From positions 21,507,566 to 21,548,498 of the forward strand of contig NC_068989.1 of assembly GCF_001194135.2 (NCBI RefSeq): a stretch of 40,933 nt of DNA, read 5' to 3'. Positions 1 to 10,694 of this stretch are shown here, one piece after another. A program made the translations under genes and the position numbers. The first letter of the stretch is position 1, and each line of letters opens with the position of its first letter. Source of the stretch: Octopus bimaculoides. Taxonomy: Eukaryota. Below the pieces are notes generated by a model. It did no database searches. It was given only the letters and a program-made list of their open reading frames with translations, and was not told where the DNA came from.

Positions 1-57
<57 letters not shown>

Positions 58-358
58 AAGGCTCGGTAGGTAGCCGTAGATGTGAAAAAGTAGTGTTTAT
101 AGGTGCAGCACCAAACATTTCTCTGTACATACATAAATACATACATACGAGACATTAGGCTTCTCAAAACCAGAAAGGAAAAAGCTAATTCGAAAGGTGA
201 GAGCTAATTAGAATCCATCACTGGAACTGAAAAATCTGTAAAAGCTTCCAGAAGTTTATCATTTAAATTTATATGAGCATGTCTAAATATGCAGCTATAT
301 GCATGAGTATACATACATAGAGCAAAACATACAAATCTTCACATATACATACATACAT

Positions 359-392
<34 letters not shown>

Positions 393-759
393 GCACACGC
401 ACATACATACATACATACACACCCTGTTATTGATGTTGAAATTCCACTGAAGGAGCCTTGAATTTAGGTTAGAAACCGGCTCTTTCTCCATTGGAAAGAA
501 ATTTTGAAATAAAACTGAACAATGACATACATACATACATACATACATACATACACGAAGCGGCAAGTCGCGTTTTTGGCGTGGGAGACTTTATCGAAAA
601 CACGATGAATACTATCTCCAAATTTGGAGCCACAACTATCAGCCTTGTTAAATAACTGGTTAATCTTCAGATGAATAACTAAGGAAGCCTTTCATTCATG
701 ATCGTAGTGATTTTCGACTGAAACTTGAATTTAATATGCAGAGAGTTACTACAAACAAC

Positions 760-2340
760 ATGGCTAGACACAACAAACGACAACACAATCGAGGAACAGA
801 ACGAAAACAACAGCTCAACAGGTAAACAAATTCTTCGTAGTTGTAGTTATAGAACAGACTAATTACCAAACTCATTTCTCTTCGAGTTATGAACTGAATA
901 CTGATCTATTTAACTGCTAAAAAATGCGAAACAAAACACCACTGTTGGCTATATGAATCGATTGAAACCATATTGCGACGATCTGCATCCAGAATTAAAT
1001 CATTTTACTGCGAAGCAACTACACCAGCAGGCAACATTTGTAAAACATAGGAAAATGTTTAGTCACTGTAACTTTGTTAAAAAGTCGAAAATTAACCCTC
1101 TTCCCAGCTCTATAAATAAAAACGAAAATGTGATTGATGTAAGACCACCACGTAGTTTCTCAGCTAGCGACATTCCAACAGATTCCATAGTGCCTGCGAA
1201 CCAAACTACATTACTGGCTCAAGTAACTGACCACCGTCCCCCTACCACGACTATGGTAAATAGCAGGCACAACCGCAATGATTATTGTATTAGTAGTGGT
1301 AACCAGCATTATATACCAATAAAATGTACCATTACTAAAATTTCCGAGAAAAAAATAACTTTGGCTTTGAAGTATTCTCTCTACCAAAATAAGTAGAAGA
1401 CCACCAGGTATGGTATTAAAAGCTGTTAACGATATTAGTGATGAGTATTTACAGCAGTATGATGAACCCAAATCCTGGCAGATTAACGCCTGTTTGTAGT
1501 AACTCTCTGGCTACAAACCCCAAAGCAGTACATGAATGACATTCAAAAAGTAAACAAAACCGAAACAACAAAGAAATTAACATCATGGGTTTTGAAGACA
1601 GAGAAAATGATAACTGGTTTACGGGAGACCATCATTCATGTAATGATGCTTATTGCGTGCAAACAAGCACATCATTATACGTCCCACCAACAGAAAGTAA
1701 AGAAGGAGATAGAAATGATGTTTGGAGACAGAAAAAAGAGGGCACTCACCTGCAAACTGATTACCCTCAAACAGGAGTTAAAAACTGTCAGTGAAAAACT
1801 ACGATATCAAAAGAGAATAACCGAGAGAAGAACAATAAACAAAATATTTAACCGGAACCAGGCAGCAGTATATAGAGACATGAGAGGAGGAGCAGTGAAC
1901 ACCACAGAAGTTCTTTCACGAGAAGATATAGACTCCTTCTGGAGGAAAATCTGGAGTGAAAAGAAGGAATTTAATCAAGATGCTCTGTGGATGGAAGAAA
2001 TCCGAAGAAGTTGTTGTTCCTGCGTTATACACAAAACATAGAACATTGATGGTGAAACACTTGCAGCTGTAATCCAGAAACTCCAGGATGAAAAAGCACC
2101 TGGAAGGGACTCGATTGTTGGATATCGGTACAAGAAGCTAACCTACTACCGATCATATCTTATCAATCTGTACCAGTAAGCTCTCACTGGGAACAATAGA
2201 ACACCACACTGGTTAGCTTTAGCAGAGACAAAATTCATCTCCAAATGCAGAACCACCCACATGGCAAAAAAACTACCGGCCAATTGTATGCTAGAACTTA
2301 ATGTATAAGATATATACAGCATGTTTAAACCTCTTCCTCC
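760..2340 (+). mobile_element. Degenerate R4/Dong-like (R2-superfamily) non-LTR retrotransposon, N-terminus to start of RT
   Basis: GYMNRLK..DDLHPEL..FTAKQLHQQA; INKIFNRNQAAVYR; IDSFWRKIWS; KAPGRDSIVGY; KNYRPIVC*NLMYKIYT. Ends at a SINE. Confidence 0.8.
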
Positions 2341-2350
2341 AAGATCATTG

Positions 2351-2697
2351 TGCGTGGCACCTTGAGCAAGTGCCTTCAACTATAGCCTCGGGCCGACCAA
2401 AGCCTTGTGAGTGGATTTGGTAGATGGAAACTGAAAGAAGCCCGTCGTATATATGTATATATGTATATATGTATGTGCGTGTGTCTGTGTTTGTCCCCCC
2501 ACCATTGCTTGACAACCTATGCTGTTGTGTTTATGCCCCCGTAACTTAGCGGTTCGGCAAAAGAGACCGATAGAATAAGTACTAGGCTTACAAAGAATAA
2601 GTCTTGGGGTCGATTTGCTCGACTAAAGGCGGTGCTCCAGCATGGCCACAGTCAAATGACTAAAACAAGTAAAAGAGTAAAAGAGAGTAAAGAGTAA
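2351..2697 (+). mobile_element. SINE family A, 5'-truncated
   Basis: Same body as 15649-16081; (AAAAGAGT)n tail. Confidence 0.9.
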
Positions 2698-3090
2698 CAA
2701 TAAAAAATTTTCGGTTGGACATTTAGAGATGTTGATGGTTAAGGGGAGATAATAAGTGAGTTCACAAGTGATCTGAAAGCTATACCAAGTTGAAAATTTA
2801 TGCAGCCACCAATCAATCCCTTAATTAATCAGTCAGTCCATCAAATCAGTGAATTAATTAATTAATCAAACAATTTATTGCCTAAACAATGAATGAGTCA
2901 GTCAGCCAAACGATCAGTTAAATAAATTTCAATATATACATCCATATTTAATAAATAAGTATAAATTGTAATACTTGCAAAAATATGTATNNNNNNNNNN
3001 NNNNNNNNNNNNNNNNNNNNNNNNNNNNNNNNNNNNNNNNNNNNNNNNNNNNNNNNNNNNNNNNNNNNNNNNNNNNNNNNNNNNNNNNNN

Positions 3091-3448
3091 GAGTCAACAA
3101 CTAGGAAACCACAGGCCAGGCCAGAAAGACAACATGCTTAGAAATGAAGTAGTCGTACCTGGTCGTATGTCATGTATTATGTGGTTCTTCGTCACCCGGG
3201 TTTACTTCGGCTGGTGGCTACATCGCATCTTTGCACCGACTGTTCTAGTTGCCAAATTCACATTGTTTTCGTAGCCAACTTCACACTCTGCGTTCATTAC
3301 GTGGCCAACTGACACCGTGTGTTCCTTCACCAATTCAAATCGTCCACCTCACAGCAAAGACGCACAGAAAAAGGGAATGCGCCGCATGCTTCATATCAGT
3401 CACGTGATCAACAACGTTATTTCTCCTTCGTAACACTACCCACTCCCT
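3091..3448 (-). repeat. Polypurine tract and 3' LTR of the gypsy element (LTR runs into the N gap)
   Basis: AGGGAGTGGGTAG (3448-3436) is immediately followed by TGTTACG (starting at 3435), downstream of the integrase remnant. Confidence 0.7.
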
Positions 3449-4079
3449 AGCACTTTGTTGACCCGACAAAAGTGTTCATTTATAACTTCAGTCTTTACGG
3501 TGACTGTCTTGCTCTTACATTCCTTCTCCTCGATCTACAGTACTTTCATCAACAGATGTGTCCAGGGCGGTCCCTGCTGAACTGGCCAGGCCCATCGTAC
3601 TTCCACAGACGATTCACATACACATTCTTAGGACGTGCCGTCTTGCCTCCTCGAATCTGGTATGTCACTTCGGACGGTCAATTCAACACAGTATAGTGTC
3701 CTTCCCAAAGGCACTGCAGCTTCAGCGACTGTCCCTTCTTCCGTTGGGGATTATAAAGCCACACTTCATTTCCCTCCTTTAAAGTTGATCTCGCTAGCCC
3801 TGGCATCATGCCGACTTTTAATCACTCCACCACAAAACTTCAGAGATTCCCTAACTTGATGGTGTGCCTCTGTCAGTCTCTCTTGCAGATGTTTTATGTA
3901 ACTCTCTCTCTCTTGCAAATGTTTCACATAACGGTGCCAGCAACTTCCTCTAAGAATTTCTTCACGTGGTGATCTTCCCATCAACAGATCAACCAGGAGT
4001 CTCACCCCGTGGCCCAGCATCAGCTTTGCACGTGTATAGCCAGTAGACTTGTGCGTTTCCAAACAATATGCCATCATAC

Positions 4080-4986
4080 ATTCTATGTATTTTGCAAGTG
4101 TAATCTTTCAAAACCTGTCCATTCTCCGTTATCTTTACTTGACACGCTTGCAAAGAAGATTTCAGCTAAGAATTGCGAGTTTTGTAACGTGTCAGCTCAG
4201 ATCAAATTTGTGCTATTTTCTCATCGTATTTCTTTGAGGTTGTACTACATTCTTTCTTTCCAGCTTCTACTAATTATTTTCTGTGAATTGAGAAGCTTCT
4301 TTAATTCCACCATAATGTTATGATTTCCATCTTCAAAACTCAGCAGTTTAAATTTAAAATCTCATGAGTTGGAAGATATTTCCTCATACATAACAGCAAT
4401 CTTCTTACGCATGTTACGCTGCATCTCATCCCGTTTGTTGTTTGCCTGCAACATATTCACCTTTAGTTCGTTAATTTCCTGGATCAGCTGAAATTTACTT
4501 TCTGGCAGTCGGCTGTTGTCACACAGTTTTCCATTTTTTTTTTTTCACTAAAAAGTCTATTTTCTGGTTTCAGTTTTTCGTATCACATTCCTGGTGATGT
4601 TCAAGCTTCCTCTCACTAGCAACTTAAGATTTTAACGCTTCTGTTAAACGCTGTCTAAGCTTCTCTGACTTCGTTGAAAGATTTAGTCTCCTCTACAAAG
4701 TTTTGGCGGACATGTTGCAATTCTGTTCTTTTATCTCTCAGACATCTTTCCATACTGACTTTCCTTTCAGGACGTTCCATTTCTAAGAAATGGACCTTTA
4801 CACTTAGTTTTACAATCCTGACATTGAGAAGAGATTTCACATCATTTACCTCTTTTCTGGTTGCTTTGCCAACATCTTCCATCAAGCCAGTTGGTTGATC
4901 TGTTTTTGTTTTTGAATGGAAACGTCTTTGGACAGATCTTTATCTAGAATTGCATTTTCCACAATTTACGAAGCATTTTCCCTGTC
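4080..4986 (-). pseudogene. SCLT1: Processed, intronless fragment of sodium channel and clathrin linker 1 inside the gypsy element
   Basis: EDVGKATRKEVNDVKSLLNVRIVKLSVKVHFLEMERPERKVSMERCLRDK resembles human QDATIRTKKEVANTKKQCNIQISRLTEELSALQMECAEKQGQIERVIKEK. FEDGNHNIMVELKKLLNSQKIISRSWKE resembles MEDSNRNSIVELRHLLATQQKAANRWKE. I*SELTRYKTRNS*LKSSLQACQVKITENGQVL resembles LKSELSRQKLHTQELLSQLEMANEKVAENEKLI. Human sequence recalled from memory. Collinear, with stops and frameshifts. Confidence 0.82.
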
Positions 4987-5610
4987 TTCCACCAGATCTG
5001 TGCAACCAAGGCTTAGGCCTCCAGCAGAGAACACATCAGCTTGCCTCACTAGCTTCTGCTTCAACCGCAACATTTGAACGTCATCCAAGCACTGATAACT
5101 CGATGCAAACAGGTCTTGTAAATGCACTGGCAGACCCCACTTCCTCAGACTACACTCTTTCTCCAGGTACGCAGCCGACACTGCTCCTTGTCCACTGCCT
5201 GGCACAGTCCACAATTTGTCCTTTGCAAATCTTCTGTGCCTCCCATGAGAAATTGGCCGCCACAACCAGCACCTCGTCAGCACCTGTCTCCACCAGGGTT
5301 CGTTCCACCATCACCTCAGCCTTCATTTTGCTCTTCACGTTCAATCAGGGCATCAACTGGTTCTTTGAGTACAGTACAGTGCCCGGTAACACCATATAAC
5401 TGCTGTGATGACTCTGGTAGGTCTCGCTACTGTAACACCACGAGTCTCACAAAAGTCTGCCCCGAGGCCGAATCAATGACAAGGTCGACACTTCTGGTCG
5501 TCAGTCCTCCCCCCACCTTCGGAGGTGTCTTCATCTATGGTGTTGGGTGCATGTCTTCTTTCTTCTATTCCCTGGCCTCTTTGATGCAGCATCAACGAGT
5601 GTCAGCGTCC

Positions 5611-5763
5611 AACTGATTGTCATGTCAAATTCCCCTTTTTATACCTGTTGCTAGGCTCCAGCAGGCTGCCCCAGCAAGTTGTCACGTGACACTGTCTAAA
5701 CTTCCCGCTGCTAGGCTCCAGCAAGTAGCCCCAGCAAGTTGTCACATGACACTGTCTAAACTT
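5611..5763 (-). promoter_or_regulatory. TATA plus TCAGT initiator, preceded by a 60-bp tandem duplication (LTR-U3-like)
   Basis: TATAAAAA at 5643-5636 and TCAGTT at 5616-5611, with the A of TCAGT 29 nt from the first T of TATA. Near-identical 60-bp units at 5644-5703 and 5704-5763. Confidence 0.45.
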
Positions 5764-5862
5764 TAACTGACAATGGAGGGCGCGAAGCCACTTCAATGTC
5801 AGCCTGTCTCACCTAGGCATGTTATGACTTTCAAGCCATATTTGGTCTTCCCGCTTCAGCCA

Positions 5863-5870
5863 TATATGTG

Positions 5871-5943
<73 letters not shown>

Positions 5944-6041
5944 GCATATACATATATATATCTATACATATAAATATATAAATACATATACATACATATA
6001 TATATGTGTGTGTGTGTGTGTGTCTGTGTGTGTGTGTGTGT
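5863..6041. repeat. (TA)n/(TG)n microsatellite
   Basis: Seen directly. Similar tracts at 1-57, 341-421, 24942-25061, 27420-27520, 30627-30746 and 36730-37000. Confidence 0.95.
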
Positions 6042-6146
6042 GCCAAACAACTCAGCTCCCTTTTATACATAATCTAGGAAAGTAAGCAAATTAGAAAACT
6101 GCAAGAACATCAATGCTCTAATATCAAAAAAAAAAATAATACTTAC

Positions 6147-6688
6147 TTATTACGTGTTCCTTCAATATCGTTAGCTCCTTTTAACGCTTTAACAATTCGT
6201 ACAATCTGAAGATTGGTTTTCAACGGATATTCCTGTCCCGTTAAATTTATGAAATATTTCCATTTTTTATATTTTAACAAATCCCTCATGCAAATTAACT
6301 CAGCTTCCGTTTGAGAAAATACTCCCCATTCAACGTCGACAATGCGAGATGCAATATAAACATTAGGTAAACACTTTGCTATTGCTTTCATGTCACTCAA
6401 TATCAAAGGATTAGAACTTTTATCAACGTGAATGCAGTAGTAATTGTGTGGACGGTAAATGGCCCTCAGTAAGTTTTCAACTTGATCGGGTTTTTTGTAA
6501 AGGCTGATGGAATAAGCAAGAGGAAAGTCTTGTTCTTCTCCTGTAACATCCTTCAGAGTGATATACCTGCCACGTTTCCGAAATTCATCACAATTTTTGC
6601 TCAATTTTTTAGTATATTCTCCATTAGGTAAAGAAACGTGTGGATGTAAGGCAGAGTAGTTTTCTGCGTTCGACAAAGCAAATTCATC
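6147..6688 (-). CDS. GCNT: Catalytic-domain exon of a core-2/I-branching beta-1,6-N-acetylglucosaminyltransferase (GT14, Branch domain)
   Basis: Translation DEFALS...EEQDFPLAYSISLYK..QVENLLRAIYRPHNYYCIHVDKSS...SRIVDVEWGVFSQTEAELICMRDLLKYKKWKYFINLTGQEYPLKTNLQIV carries GCNT family motifs. Acceptor ttttcttttcacaccAG (phase 0) and donor AA|GTAAGT (phase 2). The paralog (GCNT1/2/3/4) cannot be assigned. Confidence 0.93.
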
Positions 6689-6879
6689 CTGGTGTGAAAA
6701 GAAAATTGATTTAAAGCTAAGCAAATGAGACACGCAAATGAAACACAAAAGGAAAAGTAACGCAGAAATAAATATAATGAATTAATAAGCAGACGCGGGC
6801 GTAGCTGCAAAGATAAAAGGTTCATTTCTCAGTCATGTGTTCCGAAGCTAAGCCCAGCTGCTTAGCAATTTGAAAATGT

Positions 6880-7100
6880 GTCTTCAACTATGGCATCGAG
6901 TCCCAAAAAGCCTTGTGAGTGGCAATGGTAAACGATAAATGAAAGAGACTCGTACACATGCACGCACGCAAATACACGCATTCACACTCTCACTCACACA
7001 TATATATATATACATACACGCACACATATACACATATATACACACACACACACACATAGATAGACACATCTGTGTGTGTGTATATGTGTGAGAGAAAGAG
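6880..7100 (+). mobile_element. Degraded SINE family A fragment
   Basis: AAAGCCTTGTGAGTGG motif followed by a TA/CA microsatellite. Confidence 0.5.
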
Positions 7101-7734
7101 AAAGAGAGAGAGAGAGAGATTGTATGTTTTTGTCTTGTCTTGTAAATGAGCATCACCGTCATACATGCAGTGTATTTTGTTTCCAGTCTTCCGGGTAAAC
7201 ATGTTTAGCCGCTGGGAAATATTGTTTTGACTTAAAACAATTGAGAGTTAGCAATGAGATCAGTATTCGGCCATAGAAATCTTGCCACAATGAATTTTTC
7301 GTATGTCTCATGTAAGCGTGGTAAGTAAACGTTAAAGCTATGATGATGGTGATGATGATAATGGTAATGATGATGATGAACAAATATATTGGTCAAATGG
7401 TTCTGGGGTGTATTAGTATGGTTTACAACCGATTTATATTCTTATACGATTGTGTACTGGCAATTCAATTACTATGTTTGTTAACGTATGTTTAGACTAG
7501 ATTTTCTGTTGTATGTTGTCATTTATATCAGATTTTTGCTTTTATATTCTTGAATGTACAGTATTTTCTTGGATGGTGTTCACAAAATGTTACTGTGACC
7601 TACAACTATTAATACAACTTTACATTTATCTCTTATATGTGATATCATATATGTGGTATCATTATATGTGTTCATATTATATGTGGCATCATTATATGTG
7701 TTCTGTGGTATCATTATTTTTACGGTATTACTAT

Positions 7735-7905
7735 CTTCTATGACATCATGATCTTCTATGGTAACATTATATTCAATGATACCATGAACATCTATGGTAG
7801 CATCATCTTCGATGAGAATATCATCATCTGTAATACCCTTATTTTCTATGACATCATTATCTTATATTTATCATTATCTTCTATAATACCATTATCTTCT
7901 ATGGT
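7735..7905. repeat. Degenerate ~18-bp minisatellite (TATGAYATCATTATCTTC-like)
   Basis: Recurring TATGACATCAT/TATCTTC units. Confidence 0.6.
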
Positions 7906-8850
7906 TTCGTTCGCCAAAATTTATAAATCCTGTTTTAGGAGATATGGACCGAATATTATCGACTACATCCTCCTTCTCTGCTACCTTTCTCTGCAGCACT
8001 AGCACTTCTCGGCTCACACAGTGAGAATATTTCTAGTCTCGAGCTGTGATTGACGTCTGCCAATCAAGGAAGATATGTCTGGGAACAACAGAGTTCATAA
8101 GACAGCCCAGTGCAGGCTTCGCACGTTAGTCATTTACTAGTCAGAAATACCATTTGCCATTTCACAAAATCTAACTGGATTTTGCCCCATTCCATCGTGA
8201 TTTGCGGCAAACCGCCGAGGTATGCATGAAAACTAAGTCTCCAGTGAAACACACAGATCCAATTTGAATCATAGAACATTTAAGACTGTATTGTACTTAA
8301 GCTACAATGAGTACCTCTTCTACCCAAGCCACTCTGTATACTGAATCTAAATGTGGAATCAAGTTTTTCTTATCAGACCTACTTTTCTTGCAATGCTATG
8401 TTCATTTTTTTTACCTCATTTAGTATCAATCAATCAATTCCCGCTACCTCTGCCTGCGTCAAAGTGTGCATTAACATAAGACAGTTGCCTCCATTATATT
8501 CGATCTTTGGCAAGAGCATTCAGAGAAACTATGTCAGGACTAGGGCTCACACAAAACCGATAATTCCCAAAACCGAGTTTAAGTACAAGTAATTCTCAAA
8601 ACCGGTTAAACACCGGTTTTCGTGGATTTAGAGCGGTGTCCCTGTAACGAAGAAGTTTGTCATATATTGTATTTTGTTTATATACATACACAGAGAAAGA
8701 GAGAAAGTAACAGTTTGACTGATATCCAGAAATATGTTGGTGGTGCCTGTATCTGTATCTATGTACAAACAATAACAAAAAATAATGGTATTTTATTTAT
8801 TTAATCAGGAATGCAACGTTTTTCCAAGTCGTTCTATTTTTGAGAATCAA

Positions 8851-9831
8851 TCAAGTTTCTTGACTTGCTTGACGATTCACTTTCCTTCGAAAATAATCTT
8901 TTAAAAAACACAATGCATTCAGTGTTTTACCTGACAAACTTGTCCTAATTTTTGTGTTGAAAAGTCCAGTAATTGAAAAAGCTCTTTCCGACTGGACACT
9001 AGTTACTTTAGTTGTAAACAATGCTCTATAAAGTTTATCAACCTTTTCATTTCTGTTCGAAGTTGCTTCAAAATATTCGAATTCTTTAGAGATTTCAAAT
9101 CCATCTGCTACTATCTTAGGCTCTTCCTTCATTTTCTTCATTGCGCTTGTATATTCACGCATGAGTTCATTACCTTCGTAAGTAGATGGGACAACAGTAA
9201 CATTTGTTTTTAGGTCTCCTCCTATTTCATTTTCTTTGTATAATTCTGTTGTGTTCTCAGCGTCATGTTCAGGAAATTATCTCCTATATGTTTGATCAGC
9301 ATACTTCCTTAAATGTTGTTTCGTTATAAAAAGAAAAGGTCCAGAAATTAATTCATCTTTAAACTTCCTTGGATTATGTAAATACCTCAAGGGAGTCAAG
9401 GTTTCAACATTTCTTCTCTTATATCTATGCATAAGCCTTTCACGAGCCAAAGGGTTGCCGACGATATTAAGTTTATTCAATAAAAATTCTATAGAATATT
9501 CCGCTTTCAGTAAATCCATATCATCAGTGCAAATAACCTTCAAAATAATTTCTACTGGATGCAGAATTTCATATAGTAAATTGAGAGATTTCCACTCTTC
9601 GTCAGCCACAGCATATGTGGAAAGTACTGCTCGTAGAGCATTAGGAATGCAGCTTTTCAATTTCAAAAATCTCTCAATCATATGGAATATGCTATTCCAC
9701 CTAGTTCTGCAATCCAGTATAAGTTTATATTCTCTGTTATCAAAGTTCGCTCGTACAAAATCTTGCAAAATTTCATTTTTTGTAGGAGATTTACGGAAAA
9801 GTTTTGAAATTTTTCTTACCTTATTTAAAAC
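8851..9831 (-). pseudogene. hAT transposase C-terminal half; one in-frame stop at 9277-9279; 5' part in the N gap
   Basis: VLNKVRKISKLFRKSPTKNEILQ, LILDCRTRWNSIFHMIERFLKL and the dimerisation motif VTSVQSERAFSITG. The ORFs 9277-9768 and 8851-9162 share one frame. Confidence 0.9.
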
Positions 9832-10694
9832 NNNNNNNNNNNNNNNNNNNNNNNNNNNNNNNNNNNNNNNNNNNNNNNNNNNNNNNNNNNNNNNNNNNNN
9901 NNNNNNNNNNNNNNNNNNNNNNNNNNNNNNNNNNNNNNNNNNNNNNNNNNNNNNNNNNNNNNNNNNNNNNNNNNNNNNNNNNNNNNNNNNNNNNNNNNNN
10001 NNNNNNNNNNNNNNNNNNNNNNNNNNNNNNNNNNNNNNNNNNNNNNNNNNNNNNNNNNNNNNNNNNNNNNNNNNNNNNNNNNNNNNNNNNNNNNNNNNNN
10101 NNNNNNNNNNNNNNNNNNNNNNNNNNNNNNNNNNNNNNNNNNNNNNNNNNNNNNNNNNNNNNNNNNNNNNNNNNNNNNNNNNNNNNNNNNNNNNNNNNNN
10201 NNNNNNNNNNNNNNNNNNNNNNNNNNNNNNNNNNNNNNNNNNNNNNNNNNNNNNNNNNNNNNNNNNNNNNNNNNNNNNNNNNNNNNNNNNNNNNNNNNNN
10301 NNNNNNNNNNNNNNNNNNNNNNNNNNNNNNNNNNNNNNNNNNNNNNNNNNNNNNNNNNNNNNNNNNNNNNNNNNNNNNNNNNNNNNNNNNNNNNNNNNNN
10401 NNNNNNNNNNNNNNNNNNNNNNNNNNNNNNNNNNNNNNNNNNNNNNNNNNNNNNNNNNNNNNNNNNNNNNNNNNNNNNNNNNNNNNNNNNNNNNNNNNNN
10501 NNNNNNNNNNNNNNNNNNNNNNNNNNNNNNNNNNNNNNNNNNNNNNNNNNNNNNNNNNNNNNNNNNNNNNNNNNNNNNNNNNNNNNNNNNNNNNNNNNNN
10601 NNNNNNNNNNNNNNNNNNNNNNNNNNNNNNNNNNNNNNNNNNNNNNNNNNNNNNNNNNNNNNNNNNNNNNNNNNNNNNNNNNNNNNNNNNNNNN
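9832..10694. other. Assembly gap
   Basis: N run. Other gaps: 2991-3090, 25012-25021, 29383-30189, 32736-32913, 38251-38437, 39389-40063. Confidence 1.

Larger units (their letters stand above)
3091..5620 (-). mobile_element. Internally deleted Ty3/gypsy LTR retrotransposon carrying a captured host mRNA fragment
   Basis: Protease-like VIDSASGQTFVR..RDLPESSQQLYGVTGHCTVLKEPV. Pre-RT linker LPVHLQDLFASS...ADVFSAGGLSLGCTDLVE. Integrase C-terminal part MAY..THKSTGYT.AKLMLG..RLLVDLLMG and VWLYNPQRKKGQSLKLQCLWEGHYTV. PPT and 3' LTR start present. No RT or RNase H. Confidence 0.88.

Noticed and set aside
4080-4986. Functional SCLT1 gene
   Set aside because: Partial, with several stops and frameshifts, no introns, and embedded in gypsy sequence.
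5250-5320. LVETGA as the protease catalytic D(T/S)G motif
   Set aside because: It aligns better to the post-protease linker; the catalytic-site equivalent is VIDSAS near 5470.
5773-6070. YI/CV/HT-repeat ORFs and similar ORFs at 339, 6884, 27363, 30530 and 36673-37096
   Set aside because: Translations of dinucleotide and tetranucleotide microsatellites.
6689-6748. N-terminal extension MCFICVSHLLSFKSIFFSHQ of the 201-aa ORF as the GCNT start
   Set aside because: It is the intron's polypyrimidine tract and AG; the true TM is encoded at 14801-14972.
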